Shown in pieces: positions 22,512 through 30,543 of a DNA stretch of 33,504 nucleotides. The stretch spans positions 1 through 33,504 of the forward strand of contig JADYZS010000047.1 in assembly GCA_020853075.1 (NCBI GenBank), given 5' to 3'. Within the stretch, counting starts at the first letter, position 1; each line of letters begins with the position of its first letter. The notes below the pieces were generated by a model, which ran no database searches, had not been told where the DNA came from, and saw nothing but the letters and a program-made list of their open reading frames with translations. This DNA comes from Anaerolineae bacterium (GTDB lineage Bacteria > Chloroflexota > Anaerolineae > JADYZS01). The translations under genes were made by a program, and so were the position numbers.

Positions 22512-23744
22512 TCATCCGGTATATTCGTGGAAGCCTTTGCCTACCTTACGCCCCAGGTGTCCTGCGCGCACCTTCAGTTTCAGCAAGCGTGCGGGCCGGA
22601 AGCGTTCGCCACCCCAGGCTGCGCTCTGGTACTCCTCTAACCCGGCCAGCACGGTATCCAGGCCCAGGTGGTCGGCCAGGGCCAGGGGGCCCATGCGCTC
22701 GCCGTGCCAGGTCATGCCTGTGCCGGCGACCATCGCCATGTCAATGTCGGCGATGCCCGCGATGCGCTCCTGCCGGCAGAGGGCTGCCTCGTTGATGAGG
22801 GGATAGACCAGCCGCTCTACGCAGAAGGGTGTATTGGTGCGCACACCGTTTGTATGCTGCATCTCGGCGATCATCGCTTTCACCGGCTCGTCCGACTCGT
22901 TGCCGTAGCCGTAGAAGCCTGCACCGGCCTTCTCACCCAGGCGATTGGCGGCAATCAACTTGTGGAAGAGCCCCGCCGGAGCCATGCGCTCGCCATATTC
23001 ACTATACAGGTAGAGGCCGACGTCGCCGCAGACGTCAATGCCTAGCATATCCATCAGCGTAAAGGGGCCCATAGGCATCCCGAATTCGGTCAGCGCGCGG
23101 TCTATCGTCTGCGCATCGGCGGCACCCTCCTGTAAGCAGAAGGTCGCCTCATTAAGATAGGGCATGAGGAGCCGGTTGACGAGGAAGCCCGGACACTCCT
23201 GCACCACGACGGGGATTTTGCGCAGCGACTCGGCGAAGGAGACCACGTCGTCCACCGTCTCCTGTGCAGTATCCAGGCCGGGGATGACCTCCATCAATTT
23301 CATGACGTGCGCCGGGTTGAAGAAGTGCATCCCGATCATCTTCGCCGGGCGCTTGGTGGCCGCGCCCATCTCGCTGATGGAGAGGGCCGAGGTATTGCTG
23401 GCGAAGATCGTTGTCTCCGGGCAGACGGCGTCCAATTCGGCGAAGATGCGCTTTTTCAGATCCATCCGCTCCGGCACGGCTTCAATGACCAGGTCGGCAT
23501 CGCTGAGGCTGTCGTAGGCCAACGTCGGCTCAATGAGGGCCAACCTGTTCTCCATTTCCCCGGCGCTCATCTTGCCTTTGTCCACCCGCCGCTGATAGAT
23601 ATCGCGGATGCGGGTCAGGCCGCGCTCCAGCATCGCCTGATCCACGTCTTTCAGGACGACGGGGAGGCCGGAGTAACTGATGACCTGGGCGATCTCTGCG
23701 CCCATCGTTCCGGCGCCGATGACGCCTGCCTTGAAAATGTACAT
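22512..23744 (-). CDS. 3-hydroxyacyl-CoA dehydrogenase (NAD-binding, extended C-terminal domain)
   Basis: 410-aa ORF with the N-terminal Rossmann motif VIGAGTMGAEIAQV and a HADH C-domain (FLVNRLLMPYLNEA). AGGAGG lies 5 nt upstream of the ATG. Confidence 0.9.
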   Translation of the reverse strand: MYIFKAGVIGAGTMGAEIAQVISYSGLPVVLKDVDQAMLERGLTRIRDIYQRRVDKGKMSAGEMENRLALIEPTLAYDSLSDADLVIEAVPERMDLKKRIFAELDAVCPETTIFASNTSALSISEMGAATKRPAKMIGMHFFNPAHVMKLMEVIPGLDTAQETVDDVVSFAESLRKIPVVVQECPGFLVNRLLMPYLNEATFCLQEGAADAQTIDRALTEFGMPMGPFTLMDMLGIDVCGDVGLYLYSEYGERMAPAGLFHKLIAANRLGEKAGAGFYGYGNESDEPVKAMIAEMQHTNGVRTNTPFCVERLVYPLINEAALCRQERIAGIADIDMAMVAGTGMTWHGERMGPLALADHLGLDTVLAGLEEYQSAAWGGERFRPARLLKLKVRAGHLGRKVGKGFHEYTG

Positions 23745-23767
23745 GCGTGCCTCCTGACTTCTCGCTT

Positions 23768-23909
23768 AACCACGGAGACACAGAGGACACGGAGGAAGTG
23801 GTTTACCACAAAGACACAAAGGCACAAAGTTTATGATTATCTTTGTGTCTTGGTGCCTTGGTGGTGAGGCCTTGTTTCTTTTCTCTGTGCTCTCCGTGTC
23901 TCCGTGGTT
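23768..23909. repeat. 142-bp nested palindrome built from tandem short motifs
   Basis: The outer arms AACCACGGAGACAC (23768-23781) and GTGTCTCCGTGGTT (23896-23909) form a 14-bp perfect pair. The left half carries CACRGAG x3 then CACAAAG x3. The right half carries CTTKGTG x3 then CTCYGTG x3. It fills most of the 168-nt thiolase/HADH gap. Confidence 0.65.
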
Positions 23910-23912
23910 CAT

Positions 23913-25118
23913 CTATGCCTTCTCCACGATCAGTGCGCCACCCTGCCCGCCGCCGACGCACATGGTCACCATGCCGTAGCGGACGTTCCGCCGCTCCATC
24001 TCGTTCAGGATGGTCACCACCTGGCGAGAGCCGGTGGCGCCGACGGGGTGGCCCAGGGCTATCGCGCCGCCGTTGACGTTCACCTTCTCCCAATCCCAGC
24101 CGTAGCCCTGGGCGACCATCTCCCGGCCTACGGCCAGGCATTGCGCGGCAAAGGCTTCGTTCAACTCAATCAGGGCTACGTCGTCTAGTTTCAGCGCGGC
24201 TTTCTTGAGTGCCATGGGCATCGCCCGCGCCGGGCCGATGCCCATGTAGGCGGGATCCACCCCAGCGTAGGCATAAGCGACGAGGCGAGCGCGCGGCTTC
24301 AGGCCTAACTGCGCTGCCCGCTCGGCGGTGGCGACGATCATCGCTGCCGCACCGTCGCTGATGGGGCAGGAGTTGGCGGGCGTCACCGTGCCGCCCTCCT
24401 TGAAGATCGTGGGATAGAGCGCGGCTTTTTGCACCGTCAGCGCCGGGTTGATGGACTCGTCCTGGGTGATCGGCTCCGAGGCGACCTCCTGACCGGCCAC
24501 CTTCTTCTTGACATAAACAGGAACGATCTCCGTCTGGAACTTCCCCGTACGGGTCGCCATAAACGCCTTCTTGTGCGACTGCACCGCGAAGGCGTCTTGC
24601 TCTTCTCGTGTGATCTCGTATTGCTCCACCAGGTTTTCGGCGGTGCGCCCCATCAGTTGGCCGCAGACCGGGTCGGTCAGCCCTTCCCACAGCGCATCGG
24701 TGAATTGCACGTGGCGCAGTTTGATGCCCCAGCGCGCCTCGCGCACGATATAGGGGATGTTGGACATGCTCTCTGTGCCGCCGACGAGGTATAGCTCGCC
24801 TTCGCCCGCCTGGATCGCGCGGTAGGCCGAGGTGATTGCCTCTATGCCGGAGGCGCAGTTGCGATGGACGGTAAAGCCGGGGACTTCGCGCGGGATGCCG
24901 GCAAAGAGCGCGGCGACGCGAGCGATATTAGGTGCGTCCGAGGGCTGGGCGACGCAGCCGAGGATTACATCATCCAGGGTCGCGGCGTCCGCGCCTGTGT
25001 CGGCCAGGGTCTTCTTGAAGACGGTGGTTGCCAGATCCACCGCGGTGATAGTGCGGAGCGCGCCTCCGTGCGCGCCAAGGGGGGTACGGCTGCCGCCGAC
25101 GATGACAACGTCTTTCAT
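23913..25118 (-). CDS. Acetyl-CoA C-acetyltransferase / 3-ketoacyl-CoA thiolase
   Basis: 401-aa ORF with the thiolase active-site region [12 protein letters not shown] and the C-terminal [17 protein letters not shown] and [13 protein letters not shown]. Confidence 0.9.
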   Translation of the reverse strand: MKDVVIVGGSRTPLGAHGGALRTITAVDLATTVFKKTLADTGADAATLDDVILGCVAQPSDAPNIARVAALFAGIPREVPGFTVHRNCASGIEAITSAYRAIQAGEGELYLVGGTESMSNIPYIVREARWGIKLRHVQFTDALWEGLTDPVCGQLMGRTAENLVEQYEITREEQDAFAVQSHKKAFMATRTGKFQTEIVPVYVKKKVAGQEVASEPITQDESINPALTVQKAALYPTIFKEGGTVTPANSCPISDGAAAMIVATAERAAQLGLKPRARLVAYAYAGVDPAYMGIGPARAMPMALKKAALKLDDVALIELNEAFAAQCLAVGREMVAQGYGWDWEKVNVNGGAIALGHPVGATGSRQVVTILNEMERRNVRYGMVTMCVGGGQGGALIVEKA

Positions 25119-25132
25119 GCTGCTCTCCTCTG

Positions 25133-25196
25133 CAAACCCTAAAGGTCTCTGTAGAGACGAGCCGTCGGCTCGTCTCTACAACCCTTTAGGGGTTTG
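25133..25196. promoter_or_regulatory. 64-bp palindrome directly upstream of the thiolase RBS (operator, REP-like element or 5' UTR structure)
   Basis: The inner perfect arms are GTAGAGACGAGCCG (25151-25164) and CGGCTCGTCTCTAC (25166-25179). The outer 13-bp arms are CAAACCCTAAAGG and CCTTTAGG(G)GTTTG, with one bulge. The RBS GAGGAGAG lies 2 nt beyond the palindrome on the minus strand. Confidence 0.45.
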
Positions 25197-25435
25197 AATA
25201 CTTTGGTTTCTTGGGATTCACACAAAACGAAAAGGCGAGGGCCGCTGAGAGCACGTAACGCTCCATGAGGCTATCCCTCGCCTGATAGATAGGGCGGTGC
25301 CGGAAAGGCGGTCGCCGGTGACGTGCCTCCGCAAGCCGCAGCACACTTTGGTCAGTGTTATGAAACCACCGTCACCCATATTCTATACCAATTTCTGAGA
25401 GAGCACAAATGGCGTCAGGCCTCACGGTTCCTCGT

Positions 25436-25464
25436 TTGACATTGCATAGGATTAGCGTGATAAT
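25436..25464 (+). promoter_or_regulatory. Sigma70-like promoter of corA
   Basis: TTGACA (25436-25441), a 17-nt spacer, then GATAAT (25459-25464), about 30 nt upstream of the GTG start. GAGGA lies 6 nt before the start. Confidence 0.55.
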
Positions 25465-25493
25465 AGGTCTCACTATGAAACACGAGGATACCT

Positions 25494-26408
25494 GTGGCCG
25501 TCGAAGTCATCACCTATGGCAGACTAACCTGGGTCAACATCGTCCAGCCTTCGCCGGAGGATATGCAATACCTCCGCGCCCATTACTCCTTTCATCCCCT
25601 GGAACTAGAGGACTGCCTCAGCCAGATAGAACGGCCCAAGATAGACGAGCACGAGGATTATCTTTTCATTGTCATGCACTTCCCGGTCTTTGACCGTCAG
25701 GCTCAGATCAGCCGTCCTTCCGAAGTCAATTTCTTCATTGGGGCAAACTACCTGGTGACAATCCATGCCGGAGTATTGAAACCCCTCGTACTGCTATTCA
25801 ATTCCTGTAAAGAAGAGGAAACGGCGCGCCAGCGACACATGGGTAAAGGTGCCGGCCGGCTCCTTTACAACGTTCTGGATCGCATGGTGGACTACTGCTT
25901 CCCCATGCTTAACAAGGTGGGCCAGCATATCCGGGATATTGAAGAGGATATGTTCACCACCGACATGCGTCGCGTTGTACAGAACATTTCTCTGGTGCGC
26001 CGTGATCTGATTTCCTTGCGGCGTGTCATCAAACCTCAGATTGCCATTGTCACCAATCTGGAGAGAAAAGATCGCCCCTTCATCCAGGAAGAACTGGACG
26101 TCTATTTCGGCGACATCGTGGACGGTTTCTCCCGTGCCTGGGACATCCTGGAGGACTATGAGGAAGTGATTGAGGGGCTTAGTTCTACCAGCGACTCGCT
26201 CATTTCCTACCGCATCAACGAGGTGATCCGCATCTTAACGGTCATCTCGGTCATCATGCTGCCGCTGACCCTCGTTTCCGGCATCTATGGTATGAATATC
26301 GCGCTGCCGCTCGCGCAGCATCCGCTTTCATTCGTTTTCGTTCTCGGTGTAATGATCTTGGTTGCTGGCGGTATGTTGACCTTCTTCCGCCATCGGGGGT
26401 GGGTCTGA
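25494..26408 (+). CDS. corA: CorA-family magnesium/cobalt transporter
   Basis: 304-aa ORF with the YGMNI (GMN) motif ahead of the last TM helix and two C-terminal TM helices. The start codon is GTG. Confidence 0.9.
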   Translation: MAVEVITYGRLTWVNIVQPSPEDMQYLRAHYSFHPLELEDCLSQIERPKIDEHEDYLFIVMHFPVFDRQAQISRPSEVNFFIGANYLVTIHAGVLKPLVLLFNSCKEEETARQRHMGKGAGRLLYNVLDRMVDYCFPMLNKVGQHIRDIEEDMFTTDMRRVVQNISLVRRDLISLRRVIKPQIAIVTNLERKDRPFIQEELDVYFGDIVDGFSRAWDILEDYEEVIEGLSSTSDSLISYRINEVIRILTVISVIMLPLTLVSGIYGMNIALPLAQHPLSFVFVLGVMILVAGGMLTFFRHRGWV

Positions 26409-27577
26409 TGAGTAGCGTCGCCCGCGCCGCGCTCGCGCCACCCTCTTTGGTGACCACGCCGGAGCAACTCACCGCGCTCTTGCAGCGGCTCAAGGGTGAG
26501 CCGGTTGTGGCGGTAGATACCGAATCCAACAGTCTCTATGCCTATTATTATCGGGTCTGCCTCATCCAGGTCTCCATCCCCGGTGCCGATTACCTGCTAG
26601 ACCCCCTGATCCCCGACCTTGATATGTCTCCCCTGGGCGACATCTTCTCCAATCCAGCCGTGGAAAAGGTCTTCCACGCCGCAGAAAATGATATTCTGGT
26701 CTTGCAGCGCGACTACAATTTCTGCTTTGTTCGTTGCTTTGATACCATGCTGGCGGCTCGCATCCTCGGCTGGCGGCAGGTGGGGTTGGCTGCGATCCTG
26801 GACGAGCGTTTCCACGTCCAATTGGACAAGAGTCTGCAAAGAACCGATTGGGGGCGCCGCCCTCTGGCACGAGACCAAATGGCGTATGCCCGGCTTGATA
26901 CCCATTATCTCCTCCCCCTCCGGGATTTGCTCCTCGCGGAACTGCGCTCGCGTGGCCGTTTGGATGAGGCCAGGGAAGCCTTCGCCGCCCTAGAGAATAT
27001 CGCTTGGGTGGAGAAGCCGTTTGACCCCGACGGCTTCTGGCGGATAAACGGGGCGCGCGACCTCCCGCCGCGCGCGCTCGCCACCTTGCAAGAACTCTAC
27101 CTCTTCCGAGATGCCGAGGCTCGCCGCCAGAATTGGCCTCCCTTCAAGATCGCGACGGATCAAGCCCTGATCAACCTGGCGATGACACAACCCCAGGACG
27201 GCAATGCTCTGAGCCGGGTGCCACGGATCGGTTCAACCCAAGCCCATCGCTGGGGCAAGGGATTCCTGGCCGCGATTGAGCGCGGGCGTGTGGCTCCGCC
27301 TCCATCTCCCCCCCCGCGTCAAGGGAACCACAACGGGAGCCGTCCTGATGAGGCCACGATGACTCGCTTTGATGCGTTGCGTGCCTGGCGTAGCAAGAAG
27401 GCCCATGAGCGGGACGTGGAGCCCGACGTCGTTGCCAGCAACGAGGTCCTGATGACCCTGGCTCGCCTCTGTCCCCACACCCCGGATGAGTTGTCTCGCG
27501 CGGGCGTGTGGGGCCCCTGGAAGCAACGCACCTACGGCCCGGATATACTAAACATATTGAAGGATGCCCGTCACTGA
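26408..27577 (+). CDS. rnd: Ribonuclease D (DEDDy 3'-5' exonuclease plus HRDC region)
   Basis: Has VAVDTESNSL (Exo I), FHAAENDILVL (Exo II) and YARLDTHYLL (Exo III, Y-x3-D). The ATG at 26408 overlaps the corA stop (CTGATGA). GTG 26399 is an alternative start. Confidence 0.85.
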   Translation: MSSVARAALAPPSLVTTPEQLTALLQRLKGEPVVAVDTESNSLYAYYYRVCLIQVSIPGADYLLDPLIPDLDMSPLGDIFSNPAVEKVFHAAENDILVLQRDYNFCFVRCFDTMLAARILGWRQVGLAAILDERFHVQLDKSLQRTDWGRRPLARDQMAYARLDTHYLLPLRDLLLAELRSRGRLDEAREAFAALENIAWVEKPFDPDGFWRINGARDLPPRALATLQELYLFRDAEARRQNWPPFKIATDQALINLAMTQPQDGNALSRVPRIGSTQAHRWGKGFLAAIERGRVAPPPSPPPRQGNHNGSRPDEATMTRFDALRAWRSKKAHERDVEPDVVASNEVLMTLARLCPHTPDELSRAGVWGPWKQRTYGPDILNILKDARH

Positions 27578-28965
27578 TGATTTCAACGCGCTATCGCTGG
27601 CTAAGCGTGCCTCTCACCGTCCTGGCCCTATTCCTCGGCTGGGCACTAGGTGTCGTTGCCTCGCCTGAGGAGCCTAAGTACCGCTACGTTTTCCCGGTGC
27701 AGCCGCCGGACGTTGCCCACTTCGCGCCTGAGCATCACGACTACCCCGCAACGGATATTTTTGCCCCGGCAGGGGCCTTGTTCGTTGCACCAACCGACGG
27801 TGTGATTGAATTCATCAGCCGCGAGGATCTCTGGAACCCTGAGGCGGATGATCCGGTAACGCGCGGTGGGCTTGCGATCAGCATGGTAGGCGACGATGGC
27901 GTGCGCTACTACGGCTCACATTTGTCGGAGGTTGACGGTGCGCTGGCTGCGGGGATGCGGGTGCAGGCAGGGCAGACTCTAGGCCGGATAGGACAATCGG
28001 GCAACGCGCGCAGCACGCCCTCGCATCTGCACTTTGGCATCTCTCATCCTACCTTCCCCGATGATTGGGCGGTTCGCCGCGGCGAGGTCTCCCCTTATCC
28101 GTATCTACAGGCCTGGCTCAAGGGCGAGATGCGGGCACCGGCGATCCTCTCTCGTTCCTGCGCCGCTTCAGGTGCGGAGGCTGCATCCAACTGCGAGATT
28201 TTCGGCTATTCGGCGCAAGGACGTCCTTTGGAGGTCTATCGCTTTGGCAACGGCCCGGTGAAGATAGCCCTCATCGGTGCGATTCATGGCGGCTACGAGT
28301 GGAACTCGGCGGCGTTGATGCACCGGCTCATGGCTCACCTCGTTGCCAATCCTACCCTCGTCTTCACACGAACCACGTTGTACGTCGTTCCTCTGCTCAA
28401 TCCTGATGGCTTAGCCCGCAGCGGCGGCCCCGATGGACGCTTCAACGGCAACATGGTGGACATCAACCGCAACTGGGACTGTCTCTGGCAGCCCAGGGCC
28501 GAATGGAAAGGACGGGCGGTGAGCCCCGGCGCGCGGCCTTTCTCCGAGCCGGAAGCCCAGGCTCTGCGCGATTTCTTGTTGGATGGCCGCTTCCGTGCAG
28601 CGGTTTTCTACCATAGTTCCGGCGGGATGGTAACGGCTGGGGCACGCTGTGGCGGTGGCGACGCGTCGCGGGCGTTCTCCCATGCCATCGCCCGCGCGAC
28701 CGGCTATACCTCCATGCGTTTCCCGCAGTCTGACGTGACCGGCGAGGCAGCGGACTGGTTCACCTCCCAAGGCATTCCCGCCGTGGCTATTGAGTTAAGT
28801 ACCCATGTGAGTCTGGATTGGGCGCAAAACCTCAAGGCTCTGCAAGCGATTCAGCAGGTGGCGGTTGCGAACTCGCCGAGCCAACCACCTGTGCAAGAGG
28901 TCCCTCTGATCCCGATCCCAGGCCTACCTTATCCCCTGATCTGGCGCTGGGCCGAGGGCCTATGA
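27577..28965 (+). CDS. Membrane-anchored fusion of an M23 (LytM-type) peptidase domain and an M14 zinc-carboxypeptidase-like domain
   Basis: The ATG at 27577 overlaps the rnd stop (CTGATGA), and the N-terminal anchor is WLSVPLTVLALFLGWALGVVA. The M23 part has GQTLGRIGQSGNARSTPSHLHFGIS. The M14-like part has IHGGYEWNS, PLLNPDG, DINRNWD, FSEPEAQAL and FYHSSGG. Confidence 0.8.
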   Translation: MISTRYRWLSVPLTVLALFLGWALGVVASPEEPKYRYVFPVQPPDVAHFAPEHHDYPATDIFAPAGALFVAPTDGVIEFISREDLWNPEADDPVTRGGLAISMVGDDGVRYYGSHLSEVDGALAAGMRVQAGQTLGRIGQSGNARSTPSHLHFGISHPTFPDDWAVRRGEVSPYPYLQAWLKGEMRAPAILSRSCAASGAEAASNCEIFGYSAQGRPLEVYRFGNGPVKIALIGAIHGGYEWNSAALMHRLMAHLVANPTLVFTRTTLYVVPLLNPDGLARSGGPDGRFNGNMVDINRNWDCLWQPRAEWKGRAVSPGARPFSEPEAQALRDFLLDGRFRAAVFYHSSGGMVTAGARCGGGDASRAFSHAIARATGYTSMRFPQSDVTGEAADWFTSQGIPAVAIELSTHVSLDWAQNLKALQAIQQVAVANSPSQPPVQEVPLIPIPGLPYPLIWRWAEGL

Positions 28966-29004
28966 CCCGGTCTTGGAGCCCTGCCAGAAACGGATACCAG
29001 CCTC

Positions 29005-30411
29005 ATGAACATACAATTTCTTGGCGCGGCCCGCACGGTCACCGGCTCCATGCACCTGGTCACCGTCAACGGTCACCGGCTCCTCCTGGACTGCGGCTTG
29101 TTTCAGGGACGCCGCGCGGAGACGTGGGAGCGTAATCGCACTTTCCCTTTCAACGTCGCCGAACTGGACGCGGTCGTCCTATCCCATGCCCACATAGACC
29201 ATTCCGGCAACCTACCCAATCTGGTCAAGGCGGGGTTCCACGGCTGCGTCTATGCCACCTCTGCCACACGCGATCTCTGCGCGGCCATGCTCCCCGATTC
29301 AGGTCACATCCAGGAAAGCGATACGGCCTACGTGAACAAGAAACGGGCACGCCAGAATCTACCGCCTGTGGAACCGCTCTATACCCGCCAGGAGGCCATC
29401 GCTACACTTTCCTCGTTTCACTCCCTGGAGTACGGCCATACCTTCATGCCTGTTCCTGGCGTGAAGGCAACCTTTCTGGACGCCGGGCACATCCTGGGGT
29501 CGGCCATCACGGTCCTTGATCTGGACGAGGGGGGGCGCCGTTTGCGCCTGGCCTTCACCGGCGATCTAGGGCGCAAGGGTCTTCCCATTCTCCGCGACCC
29601 GGCGCCGGTAGAAGGTGCGGACGCGCTGATCGTGGAGAGTACCTACGGGGCACGCACGCACGAGACGCCCGACCAGGCGCGCGACAGATTAGTAGAGATC
29701 ACCCGCGAGACACAGCGCCGCGGCGGCAAACTCCTGATACCCGCCTTCGCCGTCGGGCGCACACAGGAGATCGTTTATGGTTTTCACCGCCTCTTTGAGG
29801 CCGGGGCTCTCCGCCCGATCAGTGTCTATGTGGATAGCCCGTTAGCCATCAACGTTACGGAGGCTTTTCGTCTCCACCCGGAGTGCTACGACGCGGACGT
29901 GAACGACTTCCTGCTGCGCGACTCGCACAACGATCCGTTCGGTTTCGGACGTCTCACCTATGTACGCGACGTGGAGGATTCCAAGGCTCTGAACACCCTT
30001 GACAAGCCTGCCATCATCATCGCGGCATCGGGGATGTGCGAAGGGGGGCGCATCCTGCACCATCTGCGCCACAACATTGAGGATCCGCGCACCTGTATCC
30101 TCTTCCCCGGCTTCCAGGCAGAGAATACGCTAGGCCGTCGCCTGGTGGATGGAGAGAAGAAGGTGCGTATCTTTGGTGAGGAGTTCAGGGTGCGGGCGAG
30201 GGTGGAGCAGATCAACGGCTACAGCGCGCACGCCGACCGCGACGAACTCCTCGGCTGGACACGAGAGGCGATGGCGCGAGGGCCGCTCAAGCGCGCCTTT
30301 GTCGTACATGGCGACGAGACGAACGCGTTTGCTCTCGCACAGGGGTTACAGCAGGAATTGGGAATTAGAGAGGTGGTTGTGCCGGAGCGGGGGCAGGAGG
30401 TAGAGTTATAG
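29005..30411 (+). CDS. MBL-fold beta-CASP family hydrolase (RNA-metabolising type)
   Basis: 468-aa ORF with LSHAHIDHSGNLP (HxHxDH), followed by a beta-CASP-like insert and a C-terminal ...YSAHADRDELL motif. Confidence 0.8.
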   Translation: MNIQFLGAARTVTGSMHLVTVNGHRLLLDCGLFQGRRAETWERNRTFPFNVAELDAVVLSHAHIDHSGNLPNLVKAGFHGCVYATSATRDLCAAMLPDSGHIQESDTAYVNKKRARQNLPPVEPLYTRQEAIATLSSFHSLEYGHTFMPVPGVKATFLDAGHILGSAITVLDLDEGGRRLRLAFTGDLGRKGLPILRDPAPVEGADALIVESTYGARTHETPDQARDRLVEITRETQRRGGKLLIPAFAVGRTQEIVYGFHRLFEAGALRPISVYVDSPLAINVTEAFRLHPECYDADVNDFLLRDSHNDPFGFGRLTYVRDVEDSKALNTLDKPAIIIAASGMCEGGRILHHLRHNIEDPRTCILFPGFQAENTLGRRLVDGEKKVRIFGEEFRVRARVEQINGYSAHADRDELLGWTREAMARGPLKRAFVVHGDETNAFALAQGLQQELGIREVVVPERGQEVEL

Positions 30412-30543
30412 CCAGTGGCTGCCCCCAGCGTTCTATCACAAACCGCTCAAGCCCATATCCGGCATAGGCAAGCAAATCGGGCAGGTTCTTGCGTGCTTCC
30501 GATGCGTTTATTTGCGTGGTCATCGTCGTCTAACGACCAGTCG

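Noticed and set aside
25197-25493. Mg2+ riboswitch (M-box) upstream of corA
   Set aside because: A canonical TTGACA-17-GATAAT promoter sits only about 30 nt before the corA start, leaving a leader of about 20-25 nt. I also could not recognise conserved M-box sequence blocks in the upstream 240 nt. A covariance-model scan would settle this.
25409-25693. 94-aa plus-strand ORF overlapping the corA start
   Set aside because: It is out of frame with corA, which carries the GMN motif. It has no RBS and its composition is that of an alternative frame.
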